A DNA stretch of 64,000 nucleotides from a virus (lineage: Duplodnaviria > Caudoviricetes). The stretch lies in IMG/VR virus record IMGVR_UViG_3300024346_000004, one strand, 5' to 3'. Below, piece by piece: positions 18,697 to 29,797 of this stretch. The number at the start of each line of letters is the position of its first letter. The stretch's first letter is position 1. The notes under the pieces are model-generated. The model made no database searches. It was not told the origin of the DNA and saw only the letters and a program-made list of their open reading frames with translations. Position numbers and translations under genes: made by a program.

Positions 18697-21447
18697 ATGG
18701 CTAATTCAGATAAAAATATACGAATAGTTCCAAACAAGAATTCTTCTACTGACACTCCGTTTATAAGGTTTGTCGGTCAAAGTAATGCCCCGATACTTCT
18801 AAGAGTACTAGATGATAATACTCTTTCATTTGAAGGATCATCGGGGCAACTTTTTTCTTTAAATAATAACCTCACTACTGGCTGGATATTTTCTGTTTCT
18901 GATATATCCGGTATTCCATCATTTAGAATTAATGCTGATGGAACTGTAGGACTAGCCGAGTATACAGGCAATATTGGTATAGGTACTGCTGGAACTACAC
19001 CAACTTTTAAAATCACAGCAGGAACAAATACAGCTACATCCACCGCAACACCATTAACAGCTTCTTTAGGCGGTACATATTCTTCGACCGCTGGAGCAAA
19101 TCCTAAGTTAAGATTATATTATGACGGAACAAACTCTTCAGGATTTGGATACAGCAATAATCAATTAGAATCTATCGCAAGAAGTACAGATGATTTTGTA
19201 TGGTACTTCGGCGGTACACAAAAAGCTAGGTTAACAGCTGCGGGTAATTTAGGACTCACAGCAGCAGGAACAGTATCATCTAAATTATTCCTAGAAACTA
19301 ATGCAGCAGCTCAAGTTGGTATTGTTGTTAAAGGATTTGCTTCTCAGACAGGCAATCTTTTAGAACTTCAAGATTCTACAGGAGCAATTAAATATAGAGT
19401 AGCTTCTGATGGTGCTATTTATAATGCTATCACTACCGCTGGATCAACAACAAGCGTCAGATCTGTGTCGTTGCTTGGTGATGGTAATGAAACTTTCTAT
19501 GTAACTAAAGGCGGATATATTTCTGGTAATGCAATTCAGAATCTTTCGCAAAATACAGGAATAGATTTTGGTGGCAATAGATTAAATGTTACAGGACAAA
19601 TATGGACTGGAAATTCAATTTATTTTTCCACCTCCGGAGCTTATTTATTTCAAACTACCAATAAATCTTACTTTCTTTCTAATGGTACTGCTCTAATTTC
19701 TGGTATTTCTGTTCAAGCTTCTTCATGGGCAGAAAATACAAGAACTTTAGGAATAAGTAGTCCTAGTGGTGGTGAAAGAAGTTATTTTGGTGGCTATGGC
19801 AACTTAGTAATCAACATAACCGGATACAATTCTTCTGTTGGCTGGGATGCTACAAATCTACTCTATGCAAATATTGAAAAATTTGGTACATATACAGGTA
19901 ATTTAGCTCAATTTGCTGTTTCAGGGGTAGATAGATTTATTGTTGGCCCTAATGCAGATACAAGTATATTATTAGGATCAAATACAGCAGTTGGTCTTAA
20001 GATTAAAGCTACTGCATCTCAATCTGCTAATCTTATAGAACTTCAAGATTCTACAGGGGCAGTTAAAACATATTTTGATAATAATGGAAGACTTAGAATA
20101 TCCGGTGTTATTAATCATTTCGATGGATCTACTCCTAAAATATCTGTTTATCACGATAATAGTGCTGGCGGTGGAATATTAGTCAAAGGTCAAAATTCTG
20201 ATGCCTTTGCTGCGATAGAAGTACAAACCAATAGCGGAACTACATTTAGAGCTTTTCCATCAGGTTTAGTAGAAGCAATTAAATATACTGGCTATCAGAT
20301 TGTATTAAATTGTACTGTTTATCCAGGATCTACTGAATTTATAATGTTCAATAGTCCTGCAGGATTAATGGAATATAATTCTGCTGGAACAATTGCATTA
20401 CAAAGAAATTTCAATATACAGGGACATATTTTAAGATTTGCTGGATCTCCTACAACAATTTCAAAAGCTGTAGTAGTTCAATTGTCTGGTGCTAACTCTG
20501 CTGGCTCCAACTGTACTATTGATGAAAATATTGTATTTAGAGTTTTAACAAATATTACAACTGCTAAGGGAATTGTAGTCCAAGCAGCCACATCTCAGAC
20601 AGCAAATCTCTTAGAATTTCAAAATAGCTCTTCTGGAATATTATCTTTTGTAAATCCTTCAGGTTCATTCTTACCAACAACTTCAGGATTATCATTAGGT
20701 GGTAGTAGTAATAGATGGAATTTATTTGCGACAAGTGGAGATTTTAATAATACAGTAAGTTTATCTCCATCAGCATCCACCACAGAATTAAGATTTTATG
20801 AATTAGCAGCAAATGGAGCTGATTACACAGCCTTCAAAGCTCCTAATATTCATGAACAATCTATTACATATACATTACCAGCTATTGCCCCAGCTCTCAA
20901 TCAAGTATTAACAGCTTCTTCAGTATCAGGTGGTAACGTAACATTATCTTGGGGTGCTGCTTCTTCTGGAACATTATCCGGCGGTGGTACTCAATATGCA
21001 ATCCCTATGTGGACAAATACAAGTTCATTAGGCGATTCTATCATAACTCAAAATGCTGGAGCAACACAAATTACTGTAGCTGGTAATTTTAGAGCAACAA
21101 CAAAAAGCTTTTTAATTGATCATCCATCATTCCCCGACAAGCTTTTAGAACATGGATCTTTAGAAGGACCCGAACATGGAGCTTATGTCCGAGGTAGGGC
21201 TAGTGGAATAAATTATGTCACTATACAACTACCAGACTATTGGAAAGACTTAGTAGAAGAAGATTATAGCATTTATATCACTTCCAGATGCAATTCCAGT
21301 CTTTTCGTAGTCTCCCAGTCACAAAATTCGTTTAAGATATCAAGGACAGGGTTACTGTTCTTGAGAAAAATTAAAATAGAATTTGATTATTATTGTGTTG
21401 GAGATCGTAAAGATCAGAAACTCGAATTAGTTCAAGACAAGGTGTAA
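18697..21447 (+). CDS. long tail fibre protein with KSF..LEGPE C-terminal domain
   Basis: 916 aa; three SQ(T/S)xNL(L/I)E(L/F)Q repeats; KSFLIDHP..LEGPEHG..LPDYW. Confidence 0.75.
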   Translation: MANSDKNIRIVPNKNSSTDTPFIRFVGQSNAPILLRVLDDNTLSFEGSSGQLFSLNNNLTTGWIFSVSDISGIPSFRINADGTVGLAEYTGNIGIGTAGTTPTFKITAGTNTATSTATPLTASLGGTYSSTAGANPKLRLYYDGTNSSGFGYSNNQLESIARSTDDFVWYFGGTQKARLTAAGNLGLTAAGTVSSKLFLETNAAAQVGIVVKGFASQTGNLLELQDSTGAIKYRVASDGAIYNAITTAGSTTSVRSVSLLGDGNETFYVTKGGYISGNAIQNLSQNTGIDFGGNRLNVTGQIWTGNSIYFSTSGAYLFQTTNKSYFLSNGTALISGISVQASSWAENTRTLGISSPSGGERSYFGGYGNLVINITGYNSSVGWDATNLLYANIEKFGTYTGNLAQFAVSGVDRFIVGPNADTSILLGSNTAVGLKIKATASQSANLIELQDSTGAVKTYFDNNGRLRISGVINHFDGSTPKISVYHDNSAGGGILVKGQNSDAFAAIEVQTNSGTTFRAFPSGLVEAIKYTGYQIVLNCTVYPGSTEFIMFNSPAGLMEYNSAGTIALQRNFNIQGHILRFAGSPTTISKAVVVQLSGANSAGSNCTIDENIVFRVLTNITTAKGIVVQAATSQTANLLEFQNSSSGILSFVNPSGSFLPTTSGLSLGGSSNRWNLFATSGDFNNTVSLSPSASTTELRFYELAANGADYTAFKAPNIHEQSITYTLPAIAPALNQVLTASSVSGGNVTLSWGAASSGTLSGGGTQYAIPMWTNTSSLGDSIITQNAGATQITVAGNFRATTKSFLIDHPSFPDKLLEHGSLEGPEHGAYVRGRASGINYVTIQLPDYWKDLVEEDYSIYITSRCNSSLFVVSQSQNSFKISRTGLLFLRKIKIEFDYYCVGDRKDQKLELVQDKV
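21343..21367 (+). promoter_or_regulatory. putative phage-specific promoter AGG-N17-GAGAA (inside upstream gene)
   Basis: agg acagggttactgttctt gagaa, ~85 nt before ORF 21452. Confidence 0.4.
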
Positions 21448-21451
21448 AAAA

Positions 21452-24400
21452 ATGGCAGATAATTTTTCAGATAAAGTAGTAAAGAAACTACAAAAGCAGA
21501 ATTTAGCAGTAGATTTGACAGAAGAAATTGTTGAAGAAGCAGTACCTGAAGCAGTGCCTGAAACGGTACTAGAAGAAGCTGTCATACAAAGCCAAGATGT
21601 CCAATCTATGGGAGCAAATGATGTAACAGCATTTTCACCTGGACAGGTTGGTGGATTGACAATGCTTGACGCTATATATAAAGATATTATTATATCTCCT
21701 GGGCCTCGTAATTCTGGTCAAACTCAAAGTACGGCTTCACAGATTAATTTCTATAATAGCACATCAGCTGTTGCTTTTGATACTACAGGTTATGACCAAC
21801 AATATCGTGCTACAATATTCAATTATATTGAAGGTGACGCAGCTCCGGCTCTTGTGATTGGTGGTTATAATGGAATAAATTATGCTCCAACAACTACGTG
21901 GGGTGGCACTACTGGTTTAACTGTTGCTAAAATTTGGATTCACCCTTTTACTGGCAAAGTTGATGCTAGTATTTTTGATGGTAATAAATTAGTATTATCG
22001 CAAACTAATAATACTCCTCAAATATCTTTTGGTAATACAGCTACTACACAATCATCATTGGCCACAGCTGGAGATCTTGCATGGGATGGTACTACTTTCA
22101 AAGTACATAATGGAACATCTGTACAAACTCTTGCCTATTCATCGGAAGTACCTGGTGCTCAATTTATTTTTAAGAATATGTTTGACGGCACTAATACTGC
22201 TACTGCTGATGGCGTAAACGACACATTCACTTTTACCGCTGGAAATGGTATTACTTGTACTATTAATGCTTCTACCGATACATTAACTATAGCCACTGCT
22301 AATATACCTAATGGTTCTCTTACAAATTCAGCTGTAACTATAGGTAGTACATCTGTTTCATTAGGAAGCACGGTTACAACATTTACTGGTTTAAGTTCTG
22401 TTACTTCTACTACATTTGTTGGTGCACTTAATGGTAATGCCAATACTGCTACTAGTGCTGCTACTCTTACAACAGCAAGAAATATTCAAGGTGTTTCTTT
22501 CAATGGTTCTGCTGATATTACAGTTGTTACCAATGGTACTGGTGTAACTGTATCAGGCACATCAGTTTCGATTGGACAAGTAGTAGGAACAAGTTCAGCA
22601 GTTACATTTGGATCTGTGGCGGCTAATAGTGTAAGAATTGGAAATTCGCCAGGAACCGTTGATACATCTAGTGGTAACTTAATATTAGATTCAACTGGTG
22701 GACAGGTAACTATTAATGATAATGTTGTTATTACTGGTTCTTCAGTCACTCTCGCAGCAGCATCAACATCAACAATTTCTGCTAATAGTAATAAAATTAC
22801 AAATGTAGCAACTCCTACAGTTGGGACCGATGCTGCCAATAAATCATATGTAGATGGATTAATTCAAGGCTTAGATGTCCATGACAATGTGAGAGCTATG
22901 GCAGCTACAGCTATCAATACCAGTGTATTATATTTTCAGACAAATGCAGCTTCTTCAACGTCCGGAACTGCTACTGGAACATGTTATATTGAATCTTCTG
23001 CAAACCAGGCATTAAGTGCTGCATATTTTGATAATATTACTCTGAATTCTGGCAGTATTACAACAGGTGATCGTGTTTTAGTTACCGCTGGAGCATCAAC
23101 AGCTACATATAATATTGGTGGTGTGACAACTACTCCTACAGGTGGGGTAAACGTCATGAACGGTGTTTATGTTGTTACTAATGCAGGTAGCGTTTCCACT
23201 AAATGGAGATTAGATAGAGCTTTAGACTCTGATGACAACATAGAACTAGAGGGTGGTACTTTCGTCTTTGTTCAGGAAGGTGATGTTTATAAAGATACTG
23301 GCTGGTTGATGACAAACAATACATCAGTAACAAAACTTTCAATTGGCAGTGATGCTATTACTTTCACACAATTTTCTAGTGCTGGTCAGATTGAAGCTGG
23401 TACTGGTTTACTTAAAAATGGCAACACTATTAATGCACAAGGAACAACTAACAGAATTTCGGTTAGTCCAGATAACATTGATATTGACGCTAATTATGCC
23501 GGACAAACAAGTATCACAACATTAGGCACAATCGGTACAGGTACATGGAATGCTTCAACTATTGCTGTTGCCAAGGGTGGTACTGGAGCTACATCATTTA
23601 CCGCTAATACTGTGTTATACGGCAACGGTACTGGTGCTATACAGGCAACATCAGTTGCTGGAACTTCAGGTCAATTATTAGTAGCTAATGCAACAGGAGT
23701 TCCTACTTTTGTAAGCTTAGGCGGAGATGCTTCATTAGTTGCTGCTGGAACATTAACCCTAAATACCGTCAACTCAAACACAGGAGGATTTGGAACTTCA
23801 ACTGCTATTCCTGCTATTACAGTGAATGGCAAGGGTTTAATTACAGCAGTATCTACAAATACAATACCAGATGCCACTACTGGAATTAAGGGTATTGCTT
23901 CATTCAGTTCATCGCATTTTTCAGTAACATCTGGAGCTGTATCTTTAAGTACAGTTGCTATTGCAAGTGGTGGTCTTAACAGAACAACAGCAATTTCTGG
24001 TTTTGTTTATGGAGACGGTACAGGATATGCTGCTGCAACCGCTGCTAATCTTAACTCTTTACATGGAACCCAAACAGCCAATACTGTTTATGCTGCTCCA
24101 AATGGCTCTAGTAGTGTCCCAAGCTTTAGAGCTCTTGTTGCTGCTGATCTTCCTACGGCTACAGTATCTGCATTAGGTGTAGCTTCATTCAATACATCAC
24201 ATTTTTCAGTAGCAGCTGGAGCTGTATCTTTAAATACAGTGACGATAGCTAAGGGTGGTACAAACGCTACAGGTCAAACAGGTAATGGTATCACATATTT
24301 TGACTCTACGAGTATTGTTTCAGGAAATAATCTTACTTTCAATCCGACAAATAATGGTGCGACAACAAGTTCAGCATTGTATGTAAACGCAGGTAGTGCA

Positions 24401-24898
24401 ACAACAGGTACTGCGATGTATGTTAATGCTGGAGCTTTAGCTGCTGGAAATGTATTAGTTGTCAATGGATTTGGTACAACAGGTAAGTTAATTTCTGGTC
24501 AAACAAGTGGAACGGAAAAATTCTCTGTTGATGTAAATGGAAACTTAAGAGCAACAACCAAGAGCTTTGATATTCCTCACCCTACAAAAGAAGGTAAGAG
24601 ACTTGTATACGGTGTTCTTGAAGGACCTGAACATGGAGTATATCATAGAGGAACTGTAGAGGGTAAAGATAAGATCAAGATTGAATTACCAGAATATTGG
24701 TACAAATTGGTGGGTGAAAATTACTCTGTTCAACTTACATCTTGGGGACCATATGCAGTTCATTTAGTTGAGAAAACAGAAAATTATTTTATAATACAAC
24801 TATCTAGCAATATCGTCATGAGAAAATTAAAAACAATTAAAGTGGATTATGTTGTTCACGGTGCTAGATTGGATGCTCCACTAGAAATTGAGCAATGA
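21452..24898 (+). CDS. long tail fibre protein with KSF..LEGPE C-terminal domain
   Basis: 1148 aa; DAANKSYVD, IAVAKGGTG fibre motifs; KSFDIPHPTK..LEGPEHG..LPEYW. Confidence 0.75.
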   Translation: MADNFSDKVVKKLQKQNLAVDLTEEIVEEAVPEAVPETVLEEAVIQSQDVQSMGANDVTAFSPGQVGGLTMLDAIYKDIIISPGPRNSGQTQSTASQINFYNSTSAVAFDTTGYDQQYRATIFNYIEGDAAPALVIGGYNGINYAPTTTWGGTTGLTVAKIWIHPFTGKVDASIFDGNKLVLSQTNNTPQISFGNTATTQSSLATAGDLAWDGTTFKVHNGTSVQTLAYSSEVPGAQFIFKNMFDGTNTATADGVNDTFTFTAGNGITCTINASTDTLTIATANIPNGSLTNSAVTIGSTSVSLGSTVTTFTGLSSVTSTTFVGALNGNANTATSAATLTTARNIQGVSFNGSADITVVTNGTGVTVSGTSVSIGQVVGTSSAVTFGSVAANSVRIGNSPGTVDTSSGNLILDSTGGQVTINDNVVITGSSVTLAAASTSTISANSNKITNVATPTVGTDAANKSYVDGLIQGLDVHDNVRAMAATAINTSVLYFQTNAASSTSGTATGTCYIESSANQALSAAYFDNITLNSGSITTGDRVLVTAGASTATYNIGGVTTTPTGGVNVMNGVYVVTNAGSVSTKWRLDRALDSDDNIELEGGTFVFVQEGDVYKDTGWLMTNNTSVTKLSIGSDAITFTQFSSAGQIEAGTGLLKNGNTINAQGTTNRISVSPDNIDIDANYAGQTSITTLGTIGTGTWNASTIAVAKGGTGATSFTANTVLYGNGTGAIQATSVAGTSGQLLVANATGVPTFVSLGGDASLVAAGTLTLNTVNSNTGGFGTSTAIPAITVNGKGLITAVSTNTIPDATTGIKGIASFSSSHFSVTSGAVSLSTVAIASGGLNRTTAISGFVYGDGTGYAAATAANLNSLHGTQTANTVYAAPNGSSSVPSFRALVAADLPTATVSALGVASFNTSHFSVAAGAVSLNTVTIAKGGTNATGQTGNGITYFDSTSIVSGNNLTFNPTNNGATTSSALYVNAGSATTGTAMYVNAGALAAGNVLVVNGFGTTGKLISGQTSGTEKFSVDVNGNLRATTKSFDIPHPTKEGKRLVYGVLEGPEHGVYHRGTVEGKDKIKIELPEYWYKLVGENYSVQLTSWGPYAVHLVEKTENYFIIQLSSNIVMRKLKTIKVDYVVHGARLDAPLEIEQ
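23897..24240 (+). repeat. intragenic direct repeat (~59 nt, two copies at ~23897 and ~24182)
   Basis: gcttcattca..catttttcagta..ctggagctgtatcttta..tacagt encoding ASFxxSHFSVxxGAVSL twice. Confidence 0.7.
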
Positions 24899-25155
24899 TG
24901 CATTTGTTCAGAGTTTATAAAGAAGATAATTTAAATGTTGCCTGGATCTCTATTGAAACAGGCAACATAGATATTGAAGCAGGTATAAGAATGGTATTTT
25001 CATTTTTAAACCTAGAACAACAAGTTATGTCTAAAAATTTATTCGTAATTCAAGGTGATGAATATAACGATCTTGGTAAAAGCGATACAGAGTTAAGTCT
25101 GGCTATTATCACCAAATTATTAGAATATACCAATTGCATCATCGTAAAAGAGTAG
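24895..25155 (+). CDS. hypothetical protein
   Basis: 86 aa, ATGA overlap. Confidence 0.6.
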   Translation: MMHLFRVYKEDNLNVAWISIETGNIDIEAGIRMVFSFLNLEQQVMSKNLFVIQGDEYNDLGKSDTELSLAIITKLLEYTNCIIVKE

Positions 25156-25164
25156 AGGTGTTAA

Positions 25165-28100
25165 GTGGCTGTTGATGTTATTATAGATCCAAGTTCTGGT
25201 AAAATTTACTGGAATGATAATGCAGGATCTGGAACCGATCAGTCTATTGCAATTGCTGGTAATGCTTCAAATAAAATTGAATTTATAGGTTATTCTGGAG
25301 CATTTTCTGGTACTTCTGGTTCAGCTCCAGCATCTCCAGAAGCTAGAGTAGTTATTACTGATTCAGCTTCTGATACTTTAATTCCAGGTGTAAATGGCTA
25401 TGAATTAGGGAATAGTACTAATCGCTGGGCCGTTTCTGCTACTACATTAAATGCTACAGGCGCAATAACATTATCATATTCTCCTGCTACTGGTGTAAAT
25501 ACTAATCATACTTTAAGAATTACATCTGCCCCATTTGCAGAAGCTTCGGGTGCTGTTATTGAAATGGGAGCCACTACAGCTTTCGATAATTCTACAGCTA
25601 ATTTCTTTAATGGATCAGCAAATGGTACATATTTAGCTATCCGATCAGCTTCTACATTTACTGGTGATTATTTAAACTTTGGCAAACAAGATGGCACTAG
25701 TACAACATTCTCTGTAAGTTCAAATGGAAATGTTACGGTGAAAACTAGTAACCAGTTTGGATTTGTAGTTAATGATACTGCTAACGCAAACAAGTTTGTT
25801 GTTGATACAAATAATACTAGAGTTGGTATCGGTAAACCAGCTGATTATCCTTTAGATGTTCGCCATACAACTGGAAATACATCAACTGTCGCTTCTGTTA
25901 TTGATATAGAAACATTATCTTCGGGAACTACGGCTGCTGGTTTCGGTGGTGGATTATTATTTAGTAATAAGAATGCCAATGGTGGTACTGTATTATCAAA
26001 TCAAATTGAAGGTATTTTATCAGAAGTTGGAGCTTCATATAAAGGCTCTATATCTTTTAGGACAAACTCTTCTGGCACTAATACATTAAATGAAAGAATT
26101 AGAGTAAACTATAATTCTTTATTATTATATCCTTATGAATCAGCTGGAACTTTAGAGTTAAGATTTAATGCTCTAACAGGTGCAAATTATGTAGGATTTA
26201 AAGCTCCCGATACTATTTCTACTAATGTTATGTGGACATTACCATCGTCCGTTGGTTCTACTGGACAGTTTCTTAAAGTAGGAGCATCTGGAGTATTATC
26301 CTGGGATACCATTACAGCAGGTACAGGCACAGTAACGAGTATTGTAGCTGGAACTGGTCTTACTGGTGGAACAATTACAACTTCTGGAACTATAGCCATT
26401 GATACTACTGTAGTTCCGAGACTTTCTACGAATACTAATGCGTTCTCATCAGCAAACACCACAGGTTCTACTACTTCTTCTGCTTTTTCATTAGTTGCTA
26501 ATTCCTTGACATCTGGTACTGGAGCTTATTTTGCAAGTAATTCAGTAACTTCTGGAAAATTAGTAGATATAGCAATGACTGGAACAGCTGGATCATCCAA
26601 CAGATATGCATTAAATATTGCTGTATCTGGAGCAAATACAGCAAGTGTAACATCGCATGGTGTTTATTCAAATGTCACTGCTACTTCTTCCGTATCTGCT
26701 GTAAATATTGCTGGTGTATTTCTCGCAAGCGGTGGAGCAGCAAATGTCCCTATAAGATTAGGCTCTTCTACAGGCTATGTTAATTTCTTTATTAATACTG
26801 ATGGAACTGGAATTACTTTAAGTCCTTCATCAGCTGGAACACCTTTCTTTACTCTTGGTGGATATTCTGCAGTTGTTCCTGAATTTAGATTATGTGAAGC
26901 TGGCGGTTTCGGAGCTAAATATGTTGGCTTTAAAGCTCCAGTATCACTTGCTGCAAGTAAAATATGGGAATTACCTGGAGTTGATGGAACAAATGGACAG
27001 GTATTAACTTGGACAACTGGCGGTATTCTCACATGGTCTAACGTATCTGGTAGTGTATCAGTTGGGGGAACTAATAACGGTGATATACAATATAAATCTA
27101 GCACTTCATTAGGTGGATCTGCTAATTTAAATTATGATGCTACAAATAATGAACTAAAAGTATTAAATTATAATCCTACAAATTCTGCTTCAACAGCTGC
27201 ATTAAAAATTCTAACAGGTACTACATGGACTGGTTCTGGCAGTGGTACATTAATTGCCGGAAATGCAGTAACAGGATTTGCAGGAAACTTAATAGATTTA
27301 CAAGTCGCTGCAGCATCTAAATTTAAAGTTAGTGCTACAGGTGCTGTAACTATTGCCAATGCTTACACATTGCCTATTACAACTCCAGATGCTGCAGGTC
27401 TATTTTTGTATTATGATGGTACTGATCTTATCTGGGAAGCTAACTCATCAGGAAATATTGTAGCTCAATCATCTACTAACGGTAATAAAGTTGCCTATTA
27501 TAATGCCGCTGGCTCTGCTCTAGATGGTGCTGAAGGTTTAATTTATGAAACTACCGGAACTAATTTATCTGTCTTAGCAACAGGTATTGGAGTGATTCCA
27601 TTATCAATTACAGCATTTACAGGTCATACTGCATCTATTTTCAAAGCTATTTTAAATGCAACAGATGTATTTGTCATTAATAATTCTGGTAATATTTCAA
27701 CAGGAACATGGAATGCTTCAGCTATTGGTGTAGCATACGGCGGGACAGGACAAACAACATATACAAATGGTCAAATACTAATAGGTAATTCCACAGGTAA
27801 TACATTAACAAAAACAACACTGTCTGCTGGTTCTGGTGTTGATATTGCTAATGGTGCTGGTTCTATTACAATTAGACAAAAAAGACCATTATATTTGACA
27901 TTTTGTGCTGGTTTTACTCCTGCTGCATCTGGCGTTGATACGGTTGTTCTAAGAATTCCAGACAGCCCTGCAGATGGTTCGACATCTATATCTTATAACG
28001 TAAGAGAATTATTTATAAGAGTAGAAACAGCTTCTGCTGGGACCTCTTCTGTTCATGTTCAATACTATACTGGGTCTGGAGCATTTTCGTCAACAGGCAA

Positions 28101-28269
28101 CTTGATGACAACAGCTCTATCTATAACAGGTGGATCTACTTATGAAGCATCTACAACAACTTTTTCTCAATCAACATTAAGTTCTGGAAATAAGGTTAGA
28201 TTAAACTTTACAGCATTAGATGGAACACACACAAATTTCTTCATTCAATTATTACTAGAAGAAAACTAA
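25165..28269 (+). CDS. long tail fibre/adhesin protein
   Basis: GTG start with GAGG SD; YVGFKAP..WTLP, GTVTSIVAGTGLTGGTITTSGTI, GTWNASAIGVAYGGTG modules. Confidence 0.75.
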   Translation: MAVDVIIDPSSGKIYWNDNAGSGTDQSIAIAGNASNKIEFIGYSGAFSGTSGSAPASPEARVVITDSASDTLIPGVNGYELGNSTNRWAVSATTLNATGAITLSYSPATGVNTNHTLRITSAPFAEASGAVIEMGATTAFDNSTANFFNGSANGTYLAIRSASTFTGDYLNFGKQDGTSTTFSVSSNGNVTVKTSNQFGFVVNDTANANKFVVDTNNTRVGIGKPADYPLDVRHTTGNTSTVASVIDIETLSSGTTAAGFGGGLLFSNKNANGGTVLSNQIEGILSEVGASYKGSISFRTNSSGTNTLNERIRVNYNSLLLYPYESAGTLELRFNALTGANYVGFKAPDTISTNVMWTLPSSVGSTGQFLKVGASGVLSWDTITAGTGTVTSIVAGTGLTGGTITTSGTIAIDTTVVPRLSTNTNAFSSANTTGSTTSSAFSLVANSLTSGTGAYFASNSVTSGKLVDIAMTGTAGSSNRYALNIAVSGANTASVTSHGVYSNVTATSSVSAVNIAGVFLASGGAANVPIRLGSSTGYVNFFINTDGTGITLSPSSAGTPFFTLGGYSAVVPEFRLCEAGGFGAKYVGFKAPVSLAASKIWELPGVDGTNGQVLTWTTGGILTWSNVSGSVSVGGTNNGDIQYKSSTSLGGSANLNYDATNNELKVLNYNPTNSASTAALKILTGTTWTGSGSGTLIAGNAVTGFAGNLIDLQVAAASKFKVSATGAVTIANAYTLPITTPDAAGLFLYYDGTDLIWEANSSGNIVAQSSTNGNKVAYYNAAGSALDGAEGLIYETTGTNLSVLATGIGVIPLSITAFTGHTASIFKAILNATDVFVINNSGNISTGTWNASAIGVAYGGTGQTTYTNGQILIGNSTGNTLTKTTLSAGSGVDIANGAGSITIRQKRPLYLTFCAGFTPAASGVDTVVLRIPDSPADGSTSISYNVRELFIRVETASAGTSSVHVQYYTGSGAFSSTGNLMTTALSITGGSTYEASTTTFSQSTLSSGNKVRLNFTALDGTHTNFFIQLLLEEN

Positions 28270-28270
28270 A

Positions 28271-29797
28271 ATGAAAACATGTATTCTTAGAAGAAAATTA
28301 CTGACTACAGAATCAGGAACAATCACCCTTAATACTCCCGCTAATTTTGGAACTCCCAAAGCTGCTATATTTTATAGTATTAATACAATAGCAGCTGATG
28401 GATCATTTGACACCACAACAAATCATCCATTCCTTTCAATAGGTTTTGCTGGTAATTCAGGAATTTCTGGTGGTTCTCATGCTCAAACCTGTATGTCTAT
28501 GATTTGTGAGGAAGATTCAGACGCTAGTGTTGTTTATTCTGTCATTACAACATCACACGTTTTGGAACATCGTACTGGTAATGGGACAACTGTATATAGA
28601 AGGCTAAGTTGTGATTCTTTTAGTACAGATACGATTACATGCACCCTAACAAATGTAAATACTCCAACAGAAGTATGTGATATTGTTGTAGTAGTTATAG
28701 CTGGGGATGATGTTACTGTAGGCGTTAATTCAATGAATGTTAGTAACGGACTTAATGGAAATGCAACTTTTAGTACATTTACATTCAGCCCAGATGTAGT
28801 ATTGTTTACATATGTTCAAAATACATCTGCTGGCGGAGCTCAATTGAATTTTGGTGCAGTAGTTAATGATGGTTCTCTGACGCAAAGAAGTGCTGGATGG
28901 TGTGCAATTAATGGTGCAGGTTCAACAGATTTGCGATGCGGTGTAAATAATAATGCTATAGCTGTTGGAAGACGTGGAGGTACTGATAGCCTTCAAGTTG
29001 TCACAGCAATTTCTTCATCGGGATTTACATTACAAACACAGACTACATCTCCTGGTGGTGCTTTTCCAATATATTTTTTAGCCATTAAATCATTATCTAC
29101 AAATTTTTCTTTAGGTACTATCTCAGGTCCAATTAACTCTGGAGTTCAGACACAAACTATTTCACTACCTTTTGTCCCTGATATGATTTTAGGATCTATG
29201 ACACATACTCCTACCGCAAACATTAACACGAGACAAACTGCTACTAATGCTGATAATTTTAGTGTATTTGTAGCAAAAGGTGAAACACAAAGATCTTTAC
29301 GAGGAACTGGGACATTATCCTACAATCCTTCCTCCGCAACAGTTACTGGCACTTCAACAATTTTTACACAACAATTGTCCCCTGGTGATAAATTATATGA
29401 TCCTCTGTACACATTAATCGGAACGGTAAGTAGTATAGCTAGTAATACATCTTTGACATTAGCATCTCAAGCAGCTATATCACCTACAAATGGAAGTTCA
29501 TATTATTACAGTAAGAATACACAGTTCAATTTATCTTACGGTGACGATGATGGTAATGGTAATGCAACTTCAGGTGTGTTTACAAAATTAAATTCTACGA
29601 GTGCTATTTGTGCAGAAACATCACCTGTATCTGCAAATATGATTGGTAAGATTAATGACTTTACCACAAGAAATGAATTTAACATACAATATACCACCCT
29701 AAACTCTACTGCTGCCTCTGGAGCTGCGGGTAGAACTGGGTGGTATTTAGCATTTAAAAACACCGAATCTTCAAGAAGAAGAGTTGATGTATCTTAG
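28271..29797 (+). CDS. tail-associated beta-rich protein
   Basis: 508 aa; TVTGTSTIFTQQLSPGD module; last gene of the fibre operon. Confidence 0.6.
   Translation: MKTCILRRKLLTTESGTITLNTPANFGTPKAAIFYSINTIAADGSFDTTTNHPFLSIGFAGNSGISGGSHAQTCMSMICEEDSDASVVYSVITTSHVLEHRTGNGTTVYRRLSCDSFSTDTITCTLTNVNTPTEVCDIVVVVIAGDDVTVGVNSMNVSNGLNGNATFSTFTFSPDVVLFTYVQNTSAGGAQLNFGAVVNDGSLTQRSAGWCAINGAGSTDLRCGVNNNAIAVGRRGGTDSLQVVTAISSSGFTLQTQTTSPGGAFPIYFLAIKSLSTNFSLGTISGPINSGVQTQTISLPFVPDMILGSMTHTPTANINTRQTATNADNFSVFVAKGETQRSLRGTGTLSYNPSSATVTGTSTIFTQQLSPGDKLYDPLYTLIGTVSSIASNTSLTLASQAAISPTNGSSYYYSKNTQFNLSYGDDDGNGNATSGVFTKLNSTSAICAETSPVSANMIGKINDFTTRNEFNIQYTTLNSTAASGAAGRTGWYLAFKNTESSRRRVDVS

Noticed and set aside
21533-21580. 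EAVP-EAVP-ETV micro-repeat
   Set aside because: Short low-complexity acidic linker with no evidence of a separate function
16248-24240. Diversity-generating retroelement (TR/VR pair) among LamG and fibre repeats
   Set aside because: No reverse transcriptase in the window; mismatches in the 23897/24182 repeat are not confined to adenines of one copy, and both copies are in-frame coding
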